Source: Solirubrobacteraceae bacterium
GTDB taxonomy: Bacteria; Actinomycetota; Thermoleophilia; Solirubrobacterales; Solirubrobacteraceae
Assembly: GCA_049512455.1 (NCBI GenBank)
Contig: JBEKXB010000010.1
Coordinates: 4,969-68,968, forward strand
DNA length: 64,000 nt
Direction: 5' to 3'
Below are positions 48,722 to 58,205 of the stretch, in pieces. The position numbers were made by a program, and so were the translations under genes. The notes below the pieces were generated by a model. It saw only the letters and a list, made by a program, of their open reading frames with translations, ran no database searches and was not told the origin of the DNA. The number at the start of each line of letters is the position of its first letter. The first letter of the stretch is position 1.

Positions 48722-48846
48722 CGCTCGCAGCGTGCGCGCCTGGGAGGCGCACCGCGGTGCCTGCGTGATTGTGGCACAGCGAGCCCGCGATGCTGCACGC
48801 CGCGCTGCGGCGAGCCGGCGTGGGGGCGTGCGATCATCGCACCGCG

Positions 48847-49539
48847 ATGACGGCCAAGCGTGATCCGCAGCCGCGGCTGATATTCCTCGACGCGCTGGGG
48901 ACGCTCCTGCGGCTCGCTCCGGCTTCGCCGTCGCTCGCGGCATTGCTGGACGCGCGTCATGGCGTGGCGGTTGAGCCGAGCGTGGTGGAGCGCGCTTTGG
49001 CGGCGGAGATGCGCTATTACCGCGCTGAATGCTGGCGCGCCGCTGATCGCGACTCGCTGGCGGAGCTGCGCCTCGAATGTGCACGTATCGTGCGTTTCGA
49101 GCTGGGCGACGGGGTGGCGGGCATCTCCGACGATGCGCTCGTCGCGACGCTGCTGGATGCGCTCCATTTCGAGGTGTTCGACGACGTGGCAGACGCGCTG
49201 GAGCGCTGGCGGGCGGCCGGCGTCCGTCTCGCCGTGGTGAGCAACTGGGACATCTCGCTGCACGACGTGCTGGCGGGCACCGGGCTCCAGAAGGCGGTGG
49301 ATTTCGTCGTTACCTCAGCCGAGGCCGGCCACTCCAAGCCCGATCCCGCGATCTTCACCGCAGCGCTCGCGCGCGCGGGCGTCTCGCCTGAGGAGGTCGT
49401 GCACATCGGCGACAGCCTCGAAGAGGACGTCGCCGGGGCGCGCGCCGCCGGAATCGAGGCGGTGCTGATCGCCCGCGACGGCACGGGCGAAGGCGTTCCG
49501 GCCGATGTCCGCGTGATCGCTACGCTGGGCGAATGGTGA
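48847..49539 (+). CDS. HAD-IA family hydrolase (dehalogenase/REG-2-like)
   Basis: IFLDALGTLL, VVSNWD and IGDSLEEDVAGARAAG motifs. Confidence 0.7.
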   Translation: MTAKRDPQPRLIFLDALGTLLRLAPASPSLAALLDARHGVAVEPSVVERALAAEMRYYRAECWRAADRDSLAELRLECARIVRFELGDGVAGISDDALVATLLDALHFEVFDDVADALERWRAAGVRLAVVSNWDISLHDVLAGTGLQKAVDFVVTSAEAGHSKPDPAIFTAALARAGVSPEEVVHIGDSLEEDVAGARAAGIEAVLIARDGTGEGVPADVRVIATLGEW

Positions 49540-50360
49540 GCGCCGCACAGCCCGAAGTGATGAGCGATCGCAACGGCTGGAAGCCCTGGTACGGGCCGGT
49601 GGCGCTCGTCTTTGGTTTGGTCGCGGCTACGGTCAGCCAGCTTGCAATCTTCCTGATCAGGTTCGGGAACCCGACGCAAGCCGAGCTGAACCACCCGCCG
49701 CCGGCGATCGTCGACGCGGCGACCATCGCGCAGGACGTCTGCTTTGTCCTGGTCGCGGTGTGGATCGCGTCGTGGGTCGCGCGACCGCGTCCTGCGCAGT
49801 TCGGTATGCGGTCCCCGCGCGTCGCCTGGTGGCAGGCGCTGCTAGCGGTGGTCGGTGCCTACGGTGCGTTCCTGGTCTGGTCAAGCATCTGGGCTGTGCT
49901 GTTCAACACGAACGCGCAGGAGAAGTACCTCGTCAAGGAAGTCGGAGGGACGGCCGGCGCGACCGGCGCGTTCGCCGCAGTCCTCGTGTTCTGCGTCGTC
50001 GCACCGATCTGCGAAGAGTTCCTGTTTCGCGGCTTCATCTTCGGGGCGCTGCGCAACTGGCGCGGTCCGTGGGTCGCCGCGCTGCTGACGGGCATCCTGT
50101 TCGGTGCGATCCACTACGGCTCGGCGCCGGCCGTTGACCTCGTTCCGCTTGGTGGGCTGGGAATGCTGCTGTGCGGCGTACGGCAGTTGACCGGGTCGCT
50201 GTACCCGGCGATAGCGTTGCACCTAGTGAACAACGCGATCGCGCTCGGCGTGGACGAGGGCTGGGGCTGGCAGATACCTGTGACGATCGTCGCCGCGGCC
50301 GCCGCTGTTTCGCTTGTGATCGCGCTGATGTTGCGCGCCACGCGGGTGAGGTTCGCCTGA
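49533..50360 (+). CDS. CPBP-family intramembrane glutamic endopeptidase (CAAX protease-like)
   Basis: CEEFLFRGFIFG, FGAIHY and ALHLVNNAIAL motifs. Confidence 0.8.
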   Translation: MVSAAQPEVMSDRNGWKPWYGPVALVFGLVAATVSQLAIFLIRFGNPTQAELNHPPPAIVDAATIAQDVCFVLVAVWIASWVARPRPAQFGMRSPRVAWWQALLAVVGAYGAFLVWSSIWAVLFNTNAQEKYLVKEVGGTAGATGAFAAVLVFCVVAPICEEFLFRGFIFGALRNWRGPWVAALLTGILFGAIHYGSAPAVDLVPLGGLGMLLCGVRQLTGSLYPAIALHLVNNAIALGVDEGWGWQIPVTIVAAAAAVSLVIALMLRATRVRFA

Positions 50361-50908
50361 TGACCGCGCGCGAGACGCTCATCGCCGAGCTGCGTGAGCA
50401 CGCGCTGGTGATCGGCGAGGTCGTCCTGACGAGCGGTCAGCGGGCCTCCTACTACGTCGACGCGAAGCGGGCGCTGCTGGCACCGGCAGGATTCGCCGCG
50501 CTCGGTGAGCTGCTGGCCGCCCAGGCGCGCGAGTGGGGCGCCACCGCCGTCGGCGGTCTCACGATGGGCGCCGACGCCGTGGCCTGCGCCGCGCTCGCCG
50601 GCGGCTTTGACGGCAAGGCCTTCTTCGTCCGCAAGGAGGCCAAGCAGCACGGCCTGAGCCGGCGGATCGAAGGCCCACTGCTCGAGCCGGGCGACCGCTG
50701 CATGGTCGTCGAGGACGTCGTCAGCACAGGCGGCTCAACGCGCATTGCGATCGCCGCCCTCCAAGGCGAAGGCCACCAGATCTGCGGCGTCGTCAGCGTG
50801 CTCGACCGCCTGATGGGCGGCGGCCCGACGATCGAAGCCGACGCCGGCGCTCCATACGTCGCCCTGACGACGATCGACGACATCTATCCCGAGCGCCCCA
50901 AGACGTAA
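50360..50908 (+). CDS. pyrE: orotate phosphoribosyltransferase
   Basis: LTSGQRASYYVD and the PRPP loop VVEDVVSTGGS. ATG overlaps the upstream TGA. Confidence 0.9.
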   Translation: MTARETLIAELREHALVIGEVVLTSGQRASYYVDAKRALLAPAGFAALGELLAAQAREWGATAVGGLTMGADAVACAALAGGFDGKAFFVRKEAKQHGLSRRIEGPLLEPGDRCMVVEDVVSTGGSTRIAIAALQGEGHQICGVVSVLDRLMGGGPTIEADAGAPYVALTTIDDIYPERPKT

Positions 50909-50962
50909 GCGCAGAGCCCACCAAGCCAGCATCGGAGGCCGCCGGCAGCGGGCCGCCGCCGA

Positions 50963-51034
50963 TGCCCCCGCCAGGAGTCGAACCTGGATTTGCCGCTTAG
51001 GAGGCGGCCGTCTTCTCCGTTGGACTACGAGGGC
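50963..51034 (-). tRNA. tRNA-Arg (anticodon CCT)
   Basis: Hand-folded from the reverse complement: acceptor GCCCTCG/CGGGGGC, anticodon stem GCCGC/GCGGC with loop CTCCTAA, T arm CCAGG-TTCGACT-CCTGG, discriminator A. Confidence 0.85.
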
Positions 51035-51050
51035 GTGCCCGCCGAGGATC

Positions 51051-51653
51051 TCACTCGTCGGCGTAGAGCGACTCGCGTGCGAGCTCCTCGCCGCTGTCCG
51101 AGTAGAGGCGGACCTCGAGCAGCTCGCCGTGGAGGTCGTCGGGCGCGATCAGCGCAAAGCGGTCCCCGCTCAGATCGCACTGGTCGACGCTGAGATCGCC
51201 GAGCTCGGCGGTCGCAACATGACCGCCCGAGATCATCGCTCGGCCCCAGATGAGCGTCATCGACGCGACGGTCCCATCCGCGGCGCGCCAACCGCCGATG
51301 ATCTCGTCGGAGATGTCGAGCAGCCAGTCCGGGTTGCGCTCGGCTGTCTCGTCGGTGAAGTCGGCGTGGGCCCAATACTCGCTGGGCTCAGCGTCGTCGG
51401 CCGACACCGGGAACATCACGTAGCCATAGACCTCGAGTCCATCCGCGGTAGCGGCCGTCACGGGGATGTAGGTGTGGCCGTGCCAGGTGCGGTCGGGAAA
51501 GAACGACAGCACGCCCGGCTCGCCGAGGCCTTCGAGCTCCTGGACGGCAACGAGGAACTCGGCGCGCAGCCGATCGGCGAAGCGACCATGCGGAGGCGGA
51601 GCCTGCGAAGGCTCGGCTACGTAGCGCGGAACTGGTTGTGGCTCGGGTGGCAT
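51051..51653 (-). CDS. hypothetical protein (200 aa, acidic)
   Basis: Start at MPPEPQ (cat at 51651-51653). Coding-type GC3. No recognisable motif. The upstream part of the 385-aa ORF is Arg-rich junk. Confidence 0.5.
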   Translation of the reverse strand: MPPEPQPVPRYVAEPSQAPPPHGRFADRLRAEFLVAVQELEGLGEPGVLSFFPDRTWHGHTYIPVTAATADGLEVYGYVMFPVSADDAEPSEYWAHADFTDETAERNPDWLLDISDEIIGGWRAADGTVASMTLIWGRAMISGGHVATAELGDLSVDQCDLSGDRFALIAPDDLHGELLEVRLYSDSGEELARESLYADE

Positions 51654-51667
51654 CGCTGTGGCGGAGG

Positions 51668-52687
51668 TTAGCTCGGCGCGTCCGCCGGTGCGACGTGCGC
51701 CGCCCTCCCGCGCTTGGGTGCGATCAACGTCGCGCCGAGCGCGCCGCTGAGATCGCCGAGGCCGGAGAGATGGACGTGCGGCGGACGGTCGCTGACGAAC
51801 AGGTGCGGCGCCATCGCGGCGACGATGCGCTCGACATACGGCGCGCCGAGCCGGACGCCGAGTCCGCCGCCGATGATCACGGCCTCGACGTCGAGCAGGT
51901 TGATCGCCGACGCGATCCCGGCGCCGAGCGCGCTCACCGCGTCGTCGATCAGCCGCGCTGCCACGCGGTCGCCTGCCTCGAGCGCCCGCTGCCAGATGCT
52001 GCTCGTCAGCCGGTCGCGCTTTCGCTCCCGCATGATCTCGAACAGCGCAGTCTGCTTGCCCGAGCCGTGGAGCTTGCGGGCTTGGATCTCCATCGCGGCG
52101 CGTCCCGCGTAGGCCTCGACGCAACCGCGCCGGCCGCAGGTGCAGCGGTGGCCGCCTTGACGGACAACGGTGTGCCCGATCTCGCCGGCGTCGCCCCTGC
52201 CGATCCACAGCTTGCGGCCGATCACGATGCCGCCGCCGACGCCGGTGCCCCAGTTGACACCGAGCAGCGACTGGTAGGGACGCCCTGCACCGAGCACTAG
52301 CTCGGCATTCGTCGCCACCTCGACGTCATTGCCGAGCGCGACCTGCGTGTCGAGCAGCTGCTCGAGCGTTGGGCCCAGCGCAAAGCTCCCGTTCCAGCCG
52401 GGAAGGTTGCGCGCGCCCGCCACAGCCCCGGTGGCTTGGTCAACCTTGCCGGGCGAGCCAACCCCCACGCCGGTCAACGCTGCCGCGTCGACGGAGGCCG
52501 CGATCGCGGCCTCCCGCATCACAGCGGCCATCGCGGTGGCGACCTCCTCCGGCCCGCCGGCTGTCGGCGTCGGCCCACGCGCCCTGCCGAGGACGCTGTA
52601 GCTCTGATCGACGACAATCGCCTCGATCTTCGTTCCGCCGAGGTCGATGCCACCGCGCAAGCGTCGCTGGCGGGGGACGGGCATCAT
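51668..52687 (-). CDS. ROK-family glucokinase / sugar kinase
   Basis: GIDLGGTKI, GIVIG and the Zn motif GHRCTCGRRGCVEAY. Confidence 0.85.
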   Translation of the reverse strand: MMPVPRQRRLRGGIDLGGTKIEAIVVDQSYSVLGRARGPTPTAGGPEEVATAMAAVMREAAIAASVDAAALTGVGVGSPGKVDQATGAVAGARNLPGWNGSFALGPTLEQLLDTQVALGNDVEVATNAELVLGAGRPYQSLLGVNWGTGVGGGIVIGRKLWIGRGDAGEIGHTVVRQGGHRCTCGRRGCVEAYAGRAAMEIQARKLHGSGKQTALFEIMRERKRDRLTSSIWQRALEAGDRVAARLIDDAVSALGAGIASAINLLDVEAVIIGGGLGVRLGAPYVERIVAAMAPHLFVSDRPPHVHLSGLGDLSGALGATLIAPKRGRAAHVAPADAPS

Positions 52688-52698
52688 CGAACCTCACC

Positions 52699-53133
52699 TT
52701 ACCCGGCCGGTCGGCCCCCAACCTCGAGCATCACCGTCACCGGTCCGTCAGCGAGGAGCTCGATCTGCATGTTGGCGCCGAAGCGCCCGCGCGCTGCGCC
52801 AAGCGCGTCGCAGAAGCGCTCGTAAAGCACCCGCGCCTGCTCGGGTTCGGCGGCATCGACGAAGCTCGGCCGCGTGCCGCGCGAGGTGTCCGCGTAGAGC
52901 GTGAACTGGCTCACGCAAAGCACCTCGCGGTCGCCGAGCGGCTCGTTCATCCGTCCGTCCGCGTCGGCGAAGACGCGCAGCGCCGTGACCTTCGCCGCGA
53001 GCCGGTCGGCGCATTCGCGCTCGTCGCCGTGCGTGACGCCAAGCAGGACCAGTAGTCCGGCGCCGATCTGGGCGACGGTCTCGTCCGCGACGCTGACGCG
53101 CGCGCGCGCGACACGCTGAACCAGCGCCCTCAT
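52699..53133 (-). CDS. dtd: D-aminoacyl-tRNA deacylase
   Basis: MRALVQRV, LLVLLGV and SQFTLYAD motifs. ATG overlaps the upstream stop. Confidence 0.9.
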   Translation of the reverse strand: MRALVQRVARARVSVADETVAQIGAGLLVLLGVTHGDERECADRLAAKVTALRVFADADGRMNEPLGDREVLCVSQFTLYADTSRGTRPSFVDAAEPEQARVLYERFCDALGAARGRFGANMQIELLADGPVTVMLEVGGRPAG

Positions 53134-54092
53134 GCGCCGCGCAGCGCCGCCGCCGCCTGCTCGGGCGCCACCGTGTTGAGATGCACGCCGCTGCCGAGCT
53201 CGAGGCCGGCGAGCCCGGTGAGTCGGGGCACCACGTCGATGCGCCAGCAGAAGTGGTCCGCGCCGCGCGGCGCCGTGCGCACCCACAGGTTCAGTGGCGG
53301 GCTGCCGCCGAACAGGCCTGCAAGGCGCTGCAAGCCATCGTGAAGGAGCGTGCAACCGCTCGGACCCTCGTCCTCGAAATGCAGCCTGGGACGGCGCGGC
53401 GCAAGCATCAGCTGGTAGGGCAGCATCGACGCGAACGGCGCGAGCAGCACTGCCTCGTCGTCGATCGCGACGATCCGCTCGCCCCGGCGCACCTCCTCAG
53501 CGATCAGATCGCCGAGCAGGCTGTGTCCGAGCGTGCGGGCCGCGTAAGCGGCCGCACGCTCGCGTTCGCGCGCGATCAGCGCCGGCACGAAGTCGAGCGC
53601 GAACAGCTGTGCGTGGGTGTGCGGGATCGAGCGGCCCGCCTCGGAGCCCTCGTTGACCGTGACGTGGATGGCGGCCGCGTCTGCGTGGACGCGCATCCGC
53701 GCCCGCCACACATCGACCGCCTCGCCGAGCTCGTCGACGCTCAGCTCCGCCAGCGCGCTGACGGCTCGTGGCGAGTTGATGATCACCTCGTGGGAGCCCC
53801 TCGCGGGCAACTTCGTGAAGAGCTCCGGCTGCGCGTCACGCTGACCGCCCACAACATCGTCGGCGAGCGCCGGGTAGCGGTTGGCGAACACGCGCACACG
53901 CCAATCGCCGGCGGCGTCGCGGAGGGCGAAGAGCTCGGGTGGAGTCTGCGCCTCGTTGCCGGGCGCGAAGGGGTCGTCCTCGTTGCGCGGCGGCACCTCG
54001 CCGGGCGGCGGCGCGATCGGCCGCAGCGCGCGATCCGGCGCGATGATCGTGCGCAGGCCGCTGAGCGGATCGACGCGGAGCTCAGGCGCCAA
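53130..54092 (-). CDS. galactose-1-phosphate uridylyltransferase-like HIT-family nucleotidyltransferase
   Basis: LRVDPLSG...I.APDR N-terminus and the active-site-like SIPHTHAQLF (HxHxQ). Confidence 0.65.
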   Translation of the reverse strand: MAPELRVDPLSGLRTIIAPDRALRPIAPPPGEVPPRNEDDPFAPGNEAQTPPELFALRDAAGDWRVRVFANRYPALADDVVGGQRDAQPELFTKLPARGSHEVIINSPRAVSALAELSVDELGEAVDVWRARMRVHADAAAIHVTVNEGSEAGRSIPHTHAQLFALDFVPALIARERERAAAYAARTLGHSLLGDLIAEEVRRGERIVAIDDEAVLLAPFASMLPYQLMLAPRRPRLHFEDEGPSGCTLLHDGLQRLAGLFGGSPPLNLWVRTAPRGADHFCWRIDVVPRLTGLAGLELGSGVHLNTVAPEQAAAALRGA

Positions 54093-54666
54093 GGTAGCTG
54101 CGGATGTCGAGCCGCAGCGATGCGGCGGAGAGATAGGGGCCCAAGTGGGTGTAGAGGAGCCGCCCGGCGGCGTTGTAGAAGTAGGTCACGGGGGTCCCGC
54201 TTGCGTAGTCCAGGCCGAGCGCGTTGTTGATCGCACCGGACGGGTCGGCGAAGCTTGGGTAGCTGACCGGGAAGCTCCGCAGCCACGCCTTGCCGGCCGC
54301 CGTGGTGTCGTTGACATCGTCGCCGAGGAACGCGACGCGCCGGCCGAGCTGGGGCGCGACACGCTGGAAGATCGGGAACTCGTCGCGGCACGGGCCGCAC
54401 CAGGAGGCCCACTTGTTGACCACGACGGGGTAGCCGCGAAGCGCGCGGAGCTCGGCGTCGAACGCGCTCGCGCCACCACCGAGGAGCTCGTTTGCCTGGT
54501 CGTGAAGCGCTGCGAGCGGAGCGGGTGCGCCCTTGAAGTCGGCGGCGATCTGGCTCGCGCTCGGGGCCGCGCTGTGGGCGAGCGCTCCGCAGCCGGCCAG
54601 CGTGAGCGCGGCGAGTGTGATCGCCATGTTGCGGATCTTCGACCAAGTGATGGCTACGGCTGCCAC
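54082..54666 (-). CDS. TlpA/ResA-like thiol:disulfide oxidoreductase (lipoprotein)
   Basis: Lipobox LTLAGCG and the thioredoxin motif WASWCGPC. Confidence 0.85.
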   Translation of the reverse strand: MAAVAITWSKIRNMAITLAALTLAGCGALAHSAAPSASQIAADFKGAPAPLAALHDQANELLGGGASAFDAELRALRGYPVVVNKWASWCGPCRDEFPIFQRVAPQLGRRVAFLGDDVNDTTAAGKAWLRSFPVSYPSFADPSGAINNALGLDYASGTPVTYFYNAAGRLLYTHLGPYLSAASLRLDIRSYLGA

Positions 54667-54797
54667 GTGCGCTATCTTCCCTCATGCAACGCGGGTGCTC
54701 CTTGTTAGGCATCTCGCGCCTCCCGGCCCAGAGGCCGGCCCGCTGAGTCGTGTGGAACACAGCCCACGACTCCCCTCCGTTGACGCAAGAGCCATCG

Positions 54798-57509
54798 ATG
54801 GCTGAACCGAGCACAGTGGCCGCACCGGCCTTCCCAAGCGATGGCGACATCGCGCGCGCTGAAGCGTTCACACGCGAGCCCTACGTCTACCCTGGCGAGG
54901 ACCCTGCGGTAGCGCTCGCGCCGGGGACGCCGCGGCGGCGCGCGCTCGACCAGGCGCTCAGCGAGCTCGCCGCCGGCCTGAAGGTTCCCTCACCAGCCTG
55001 GCGACGCGACTTCTCCCTGCTGCTCGGGCTCGAGCGGGTGCTCTCCGAGGAGGAGCCCAAGCTCGCCGACAAGACCGTCCTCTCAGCGCACCAGGTGGAC
55101 GCGCTGTCGGGCACGCTCACCGCACTGCTCGCCGAGGCCCTGCGCACCAACGGCTCCGCGATCAAGAGCGACGTCCTCGCCAACGCCGACATCCTCGGCG
55201 AGGAGGAGGAGGAGGAGGAGGACGAAGAGGAGGACGAGCAACTCCCAGAGTCTGAGAGCGACGCCGACGAAGCGATCGGCGCGTCTGAGGTGGACGAGGA
55301 GGATGAGGAAGAAGACGAGCCACAAGTCGATGAGGATGAGGACGACGGTGAGGAGTTCCAGCGAGCCCCTGCCGACGAGGAATCCGACGACGACGACGAC
55401 GACGACGAGGACGTTGACGCCGAGCTCGAGGCCGAGCTCGACCTGGCCGAGGCGCAGGCCGCACTCGAGGGATGGGACGAGGAGGAGGAGGACGCCGAGG
55501 TCTCGCAGGACGAGGAGCAGCTCGCCGAGCAGCCGGAGGACCCCAACGCCGCCAAGCGCTTCTGGTTCGAGCACGCCACCGGCGCCGGCAAGACCGTTGC
55601 CGCGCTCGGATTCGTCGAGGCGTCACGCACGGGTGGCGTGCTGATCCTGACCCACCGGACCAACCTCGTCGACCAGTTCAACGGCGAGCTGCGCGACCGT
55701 GGTTACAAGAAGCGCATCACGCCGCCGCTGCTGCTCGGCGCCGACAGCCCGAACGGCCCGGTCACGGTGGAGACCTACCAGTGGTTCGTGCGCAACGCCG
55801 GCAACATCTCGAACGCCTATACGATCGTCATCTGCGACGAGGCGCACACCGCGCTCGGCGAGAAGACGAGCGCGGCGATCCGCCGGTGGAGCGGTCCGGT
55901 GTTCATCGGCATGACCGCGACCGGGGCGTTGATCGCGCGTCACGTCACCGACCTCTTCCCGACGCAGACCTCGCGCTTCGACCTTGCACAGGCGGCGCGG
56001 CGCGGCGTCATCTCCCCGTTGCGCTGTGTGCGGATTCCGCCCGGTCCAGGCGTGCGCACGATCGCCAAGGTGCCGCTGCGGCGTGGCGAGGTGGACACCG
56101 AGTTCGACCAGGAGATGCTCGCCGAGCTGCTCGATCAGCATCCTTTCAACACCGCGGTGGCTAGCCTTTACAAGACGCGCTTCAACGGGGTCCCCGGGGT
56201 CGTCTATGCCGCCGGTGTGCGCCACGCGTACAACCTTGCCGAGGCTTTCCGCGCCGAGGGCTTGAAGGCGCAGGCGGTCTCCGGCGAGACGCCCAAGCGC
56301 GAGCTGGCGAGTGTCCTCGCGCGTTACGAGCGCGGCGACATCGATGTGCTGATCAACGCGCAGCTGCTCGCCGAAGGCTGGAACTCACCGCGTGCGACGG
56401 TCTGTATCCACCTCGCGCCGACCGCGTCGCGGCGGGTCTACCAGCAGCGCGTCGGGCGCGTGACGCGGCGCCATCCCGGCAAGGAAGCAGGGCTGGTCGT
56501 CGACTTCGTCCACCCGGCGACCAAGCACGACGACCCCGTCATCACGTTGCACTCGCTGCTGGACCGCGACGTCTATCGCGGCGGGGCGATCGTCGTCGGG
56601 CCGGTGCGCCGCGGCCGCGGCCGCCGCGTGCGTGTCGAACGCCGCGTGCTGCCGGTTTGCGCGGAGCCCGAGCGGCGCGCCGAGGTTTTCGAGCGCGAGC
56701 TGTGGCGGATCGCCGTCGAGCACCTCGACTACGGCGAGCAGCACGTGTGGGCGGCGCTTGCCGGCGCACGCGTGCAGGCGAGCGGCTGGCGCCGCGCGCG
56801 GGCGATGCTGCACTTCGACCGCGACGGCGAGCTGCGCCGCCGCTTCCTGATCACCGCCGTTCAACGCAACAAGAACCCGCAGCTGCGGCTGAAGGCGCTC
56901 GCGGAGATCGCCGCCGCCCGCGATCCGGACGCTTTCGATACGGCGATCGACATCATCGGCACGTGGGTCCGCGAGGAGCGTCGCGAGGGAGCGAAGATCA
57001 TGCTCCAGGCGATGATCGACAAGCGGATCGGCCGGCGCGACCAGGCCAACGCTTGGATCTGGCGGATCGCCGAGTACACGCGCGAGGTCCATGAGGAGTA
57101 CGCGGTGCAGCGCTGGCCCGAGACCAAGCGGCTGCTGGGCCTGCTCGTCAACTCCTCGGGCGCCGCCCACGCGCGCAACGCGCGCCGGCTCGTACAGGCC
57201 TCGCGCAAGCAGGACCGCCGGCTCGCGGCGGCGCTGCTCGCTGCTGCGCTCGCGCACACGCCCGAAGCCGAGGAGGTGCTGCGCGGCGCGCGCACGCGGA
57301 TGGCGCGCAAGCCACCGGCGCTCGCCCGCGAGCTCGCCCGCAACTTCCCCAAGCGTCGCGGCCGCGCGAAGCGTCGTCGCCGGCGCGGTGCGCCGCACCT
57401 GGACGGCGCGGCGAGCGGCGGCGAGGTCGTGGTGGCGTCGCCGAACGGCGCTGCGCCCGAGCAAAGCGCACCCGCGCTCGAGAGCGGCGGCGCGAGCGCC
57501 GTCGAATAG
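54798..57509 (+). CDS. SF2 (DEAH/ResIII-type) helicase with large acidic insertion and Arg-rich helical C-terminal domain
   Basis: LSAHQVDAL, Walker A ATGAGKTV, DEAH box ICDEAHT, GMTAT, and motif VI QQRVGRVTRR. ATG at 54798. Confidence 0.8.
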   Translation: MAEPSTVAAPAFPSDGDIARAEAFTREPYVYPGEDPAVALAPGTPRRRALDQALSELAAGLKVPSPAWRRDFSLLLGLERVLSEEEPKLADKTVLSAHQVDALSGTLTALLAEALRTNGSAIKSDVLANADILGEEEEEEEDEEEDEQLPESESDADEAIGASEVDEEDEEEDEPQVDEDEDDGEEFQRAPADEESDDDDDDDEDVDAELEAELDLAEAQAALEGWDEEEEDAEVSQDEEQLAEQPEDPNAAKRFWFEHATGAGKTVAALGFVEASRTGGVLILTHRTNLVDQFNGELRDRGYKKRITPPLLLGADSPNGPVTVETYQWFVRNAGNISNAYTIVICDEAHTALGEKTSAAIRRWSGPVFIGMTATGALIARHVTDLFPTQTSRFDLAQAARRGVISPLRCVRIPPGPGVRTIAKVPLRRGEVDTEFDQEMLAELLDQHPFNTAVASLYKTRFNGVPGVVYAAGVRHAYNLAEAFRAEGLKAQAVSGETPKRELASVLARYERGDIDVLINAQLLAEGWNSPRATVCIHLAPTASRRVYQQRVGRVTRRHPGKEAGLVVDFVHPATKHDDPVITLHSLLDRDVYRGGAIVVGPVRRGRGRRVRVERRVLPVCAEPERRAEVFERELWRIAVEHLDYGEQHVWAALAGARVQASGWRRARAMLHFDRDGELRRRFLITAVQRNKNPQLRLKALAEIAAARDPDAFDTAIDIIGTWVREERREGAKIMLQAMIDKRIGRRDQANAWIWRIAEYTREVHEEYAVQRWPETKRLLGLLVNSSGAAHARNARRLVQASRKQDRRLAAALLAAALAHTPEAEEVLRGARTRMARKPPALARELARNFPKRRGRAKRRRRRGAPHLDGAASGGEVVVASPNGAAPEQSAPALESGGASAVE
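55198..55545 (+). repeat. GAG/GAC-rich low-complexity tract encoding a poly-acidic segment
   Basis: Runs such as (GAG)7 and (GAC)6-7. Translation is EEEEEEEDEEEDE...DDDDDDDED...EEEED. Confidence 0.9.
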
Positions 57510-57524
57510 CTCGCAACTGCGCGC

Positions 57525-58205
57525 TCAGCGGGAGCTGAGCAGATGAACCTCGCCCGCGTCGAGGGTCTGCTCGCCCGTGGCGGTGCGCACCAGGAGCCTT
57601 CCCAGCTCATCGATCCCCGATCCGACCCCGCGGCCGCCGCTCCAGGTGAGCTCGGCCCCGAGCAGCGCGTCGCGGCTCCGCCAGGCGGCTAGCACCTCCG
57701 CGGCCGGCGCCACCAGCCAGTGCTCGAGCGCCACCAGCAGACGGGCGAGCGCCGGCTCGATCTCTTCGCGAGAGCGGCCGAGCGTGCCCGCGGTCTCGCG
57801 CAGCTCGTCCGGCAGCTCGCTCACCGAAACGGCGACGTTGACGCCGATCCCCAGCACGGCCCAGCCCTCGCGCGGACTGCCCTCGACGAGGATCCCGCTG
57901 ACCTTGCGTCCGTCCAGCAGGACGTCGTTGGGCCACTTGAGCTTCGCGGCGGAGCCAACCAGCTCGGCGACGGCTACAGCGGCGGCGAGCGAGAGGAGCT
58001 GGGGCGGATCGCGCAGGACGAGCGAGCAGAGCAACGCGCTCCCCGGTGGGGCGTGCCAGCTCCGGCCCTGTCGTCCGCGGCCGTCGAGCTGCTCCGCGGC
58101 GGTGACCAGCGTGCCGTGCGGCGCGCCCGCGCGCGCGAGGTCTCGCGCCTGCACGTTCGTCGATCCCGTCTGACGATGGTGGATGCGCGGCGTGCCGAGG
58201 CTCAT
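57525..58205 (-). CDS. birA: biotin--[acetyl-CoA-carboxylase] ligase
   Basis: TGSTN and GRGRQGRSW motifs. No N-terminal HTH domain (group I type). Confidence 0.85.
   Translation of the reverse strand: MSLGTPRIHHRQTGSTNVQARDLARAGAPHGTLVTAAEQLDGRGRQGRSWHAPPGSALLCSLVLRDPPQLLSLAAAVAVAELVGSAAKLKWPNDVLLDGRKVSGILVEGSPREGWAVLGIGVNVAVSVSELPDELRETAGTLGRSREEIEPALARLLVALEHWLVAPAAEVLAAWRSRDALLGAELTWSGGRGVGSGIDELGRLLVRTATGEQTLDAGEVHLLSSR

Noticed and set aside
53130-54092. The GalT-like protein lacks the N-terminal Cys pair (Zn site) of E. coli GalT, raising the possibility of a novel HIT enzyme.
   Set aside because: The active-site HxHxQ is present, and loss of the Zn-binding cysteines is, as far as I recall, common among non-enterobacterial family members. 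This is not distinctive enough without an alignment.
55198-55545. A repetitive GAG/GAC tract that at first glance looks like a short-repeat array.
   Set aside because: It has no repeat-spacer periodicity. It is codon-level low complexity inside a continuous helicase reading frame, not a CRISPR array or satellite. No CRISPR-like array was seen anywhere in the window.
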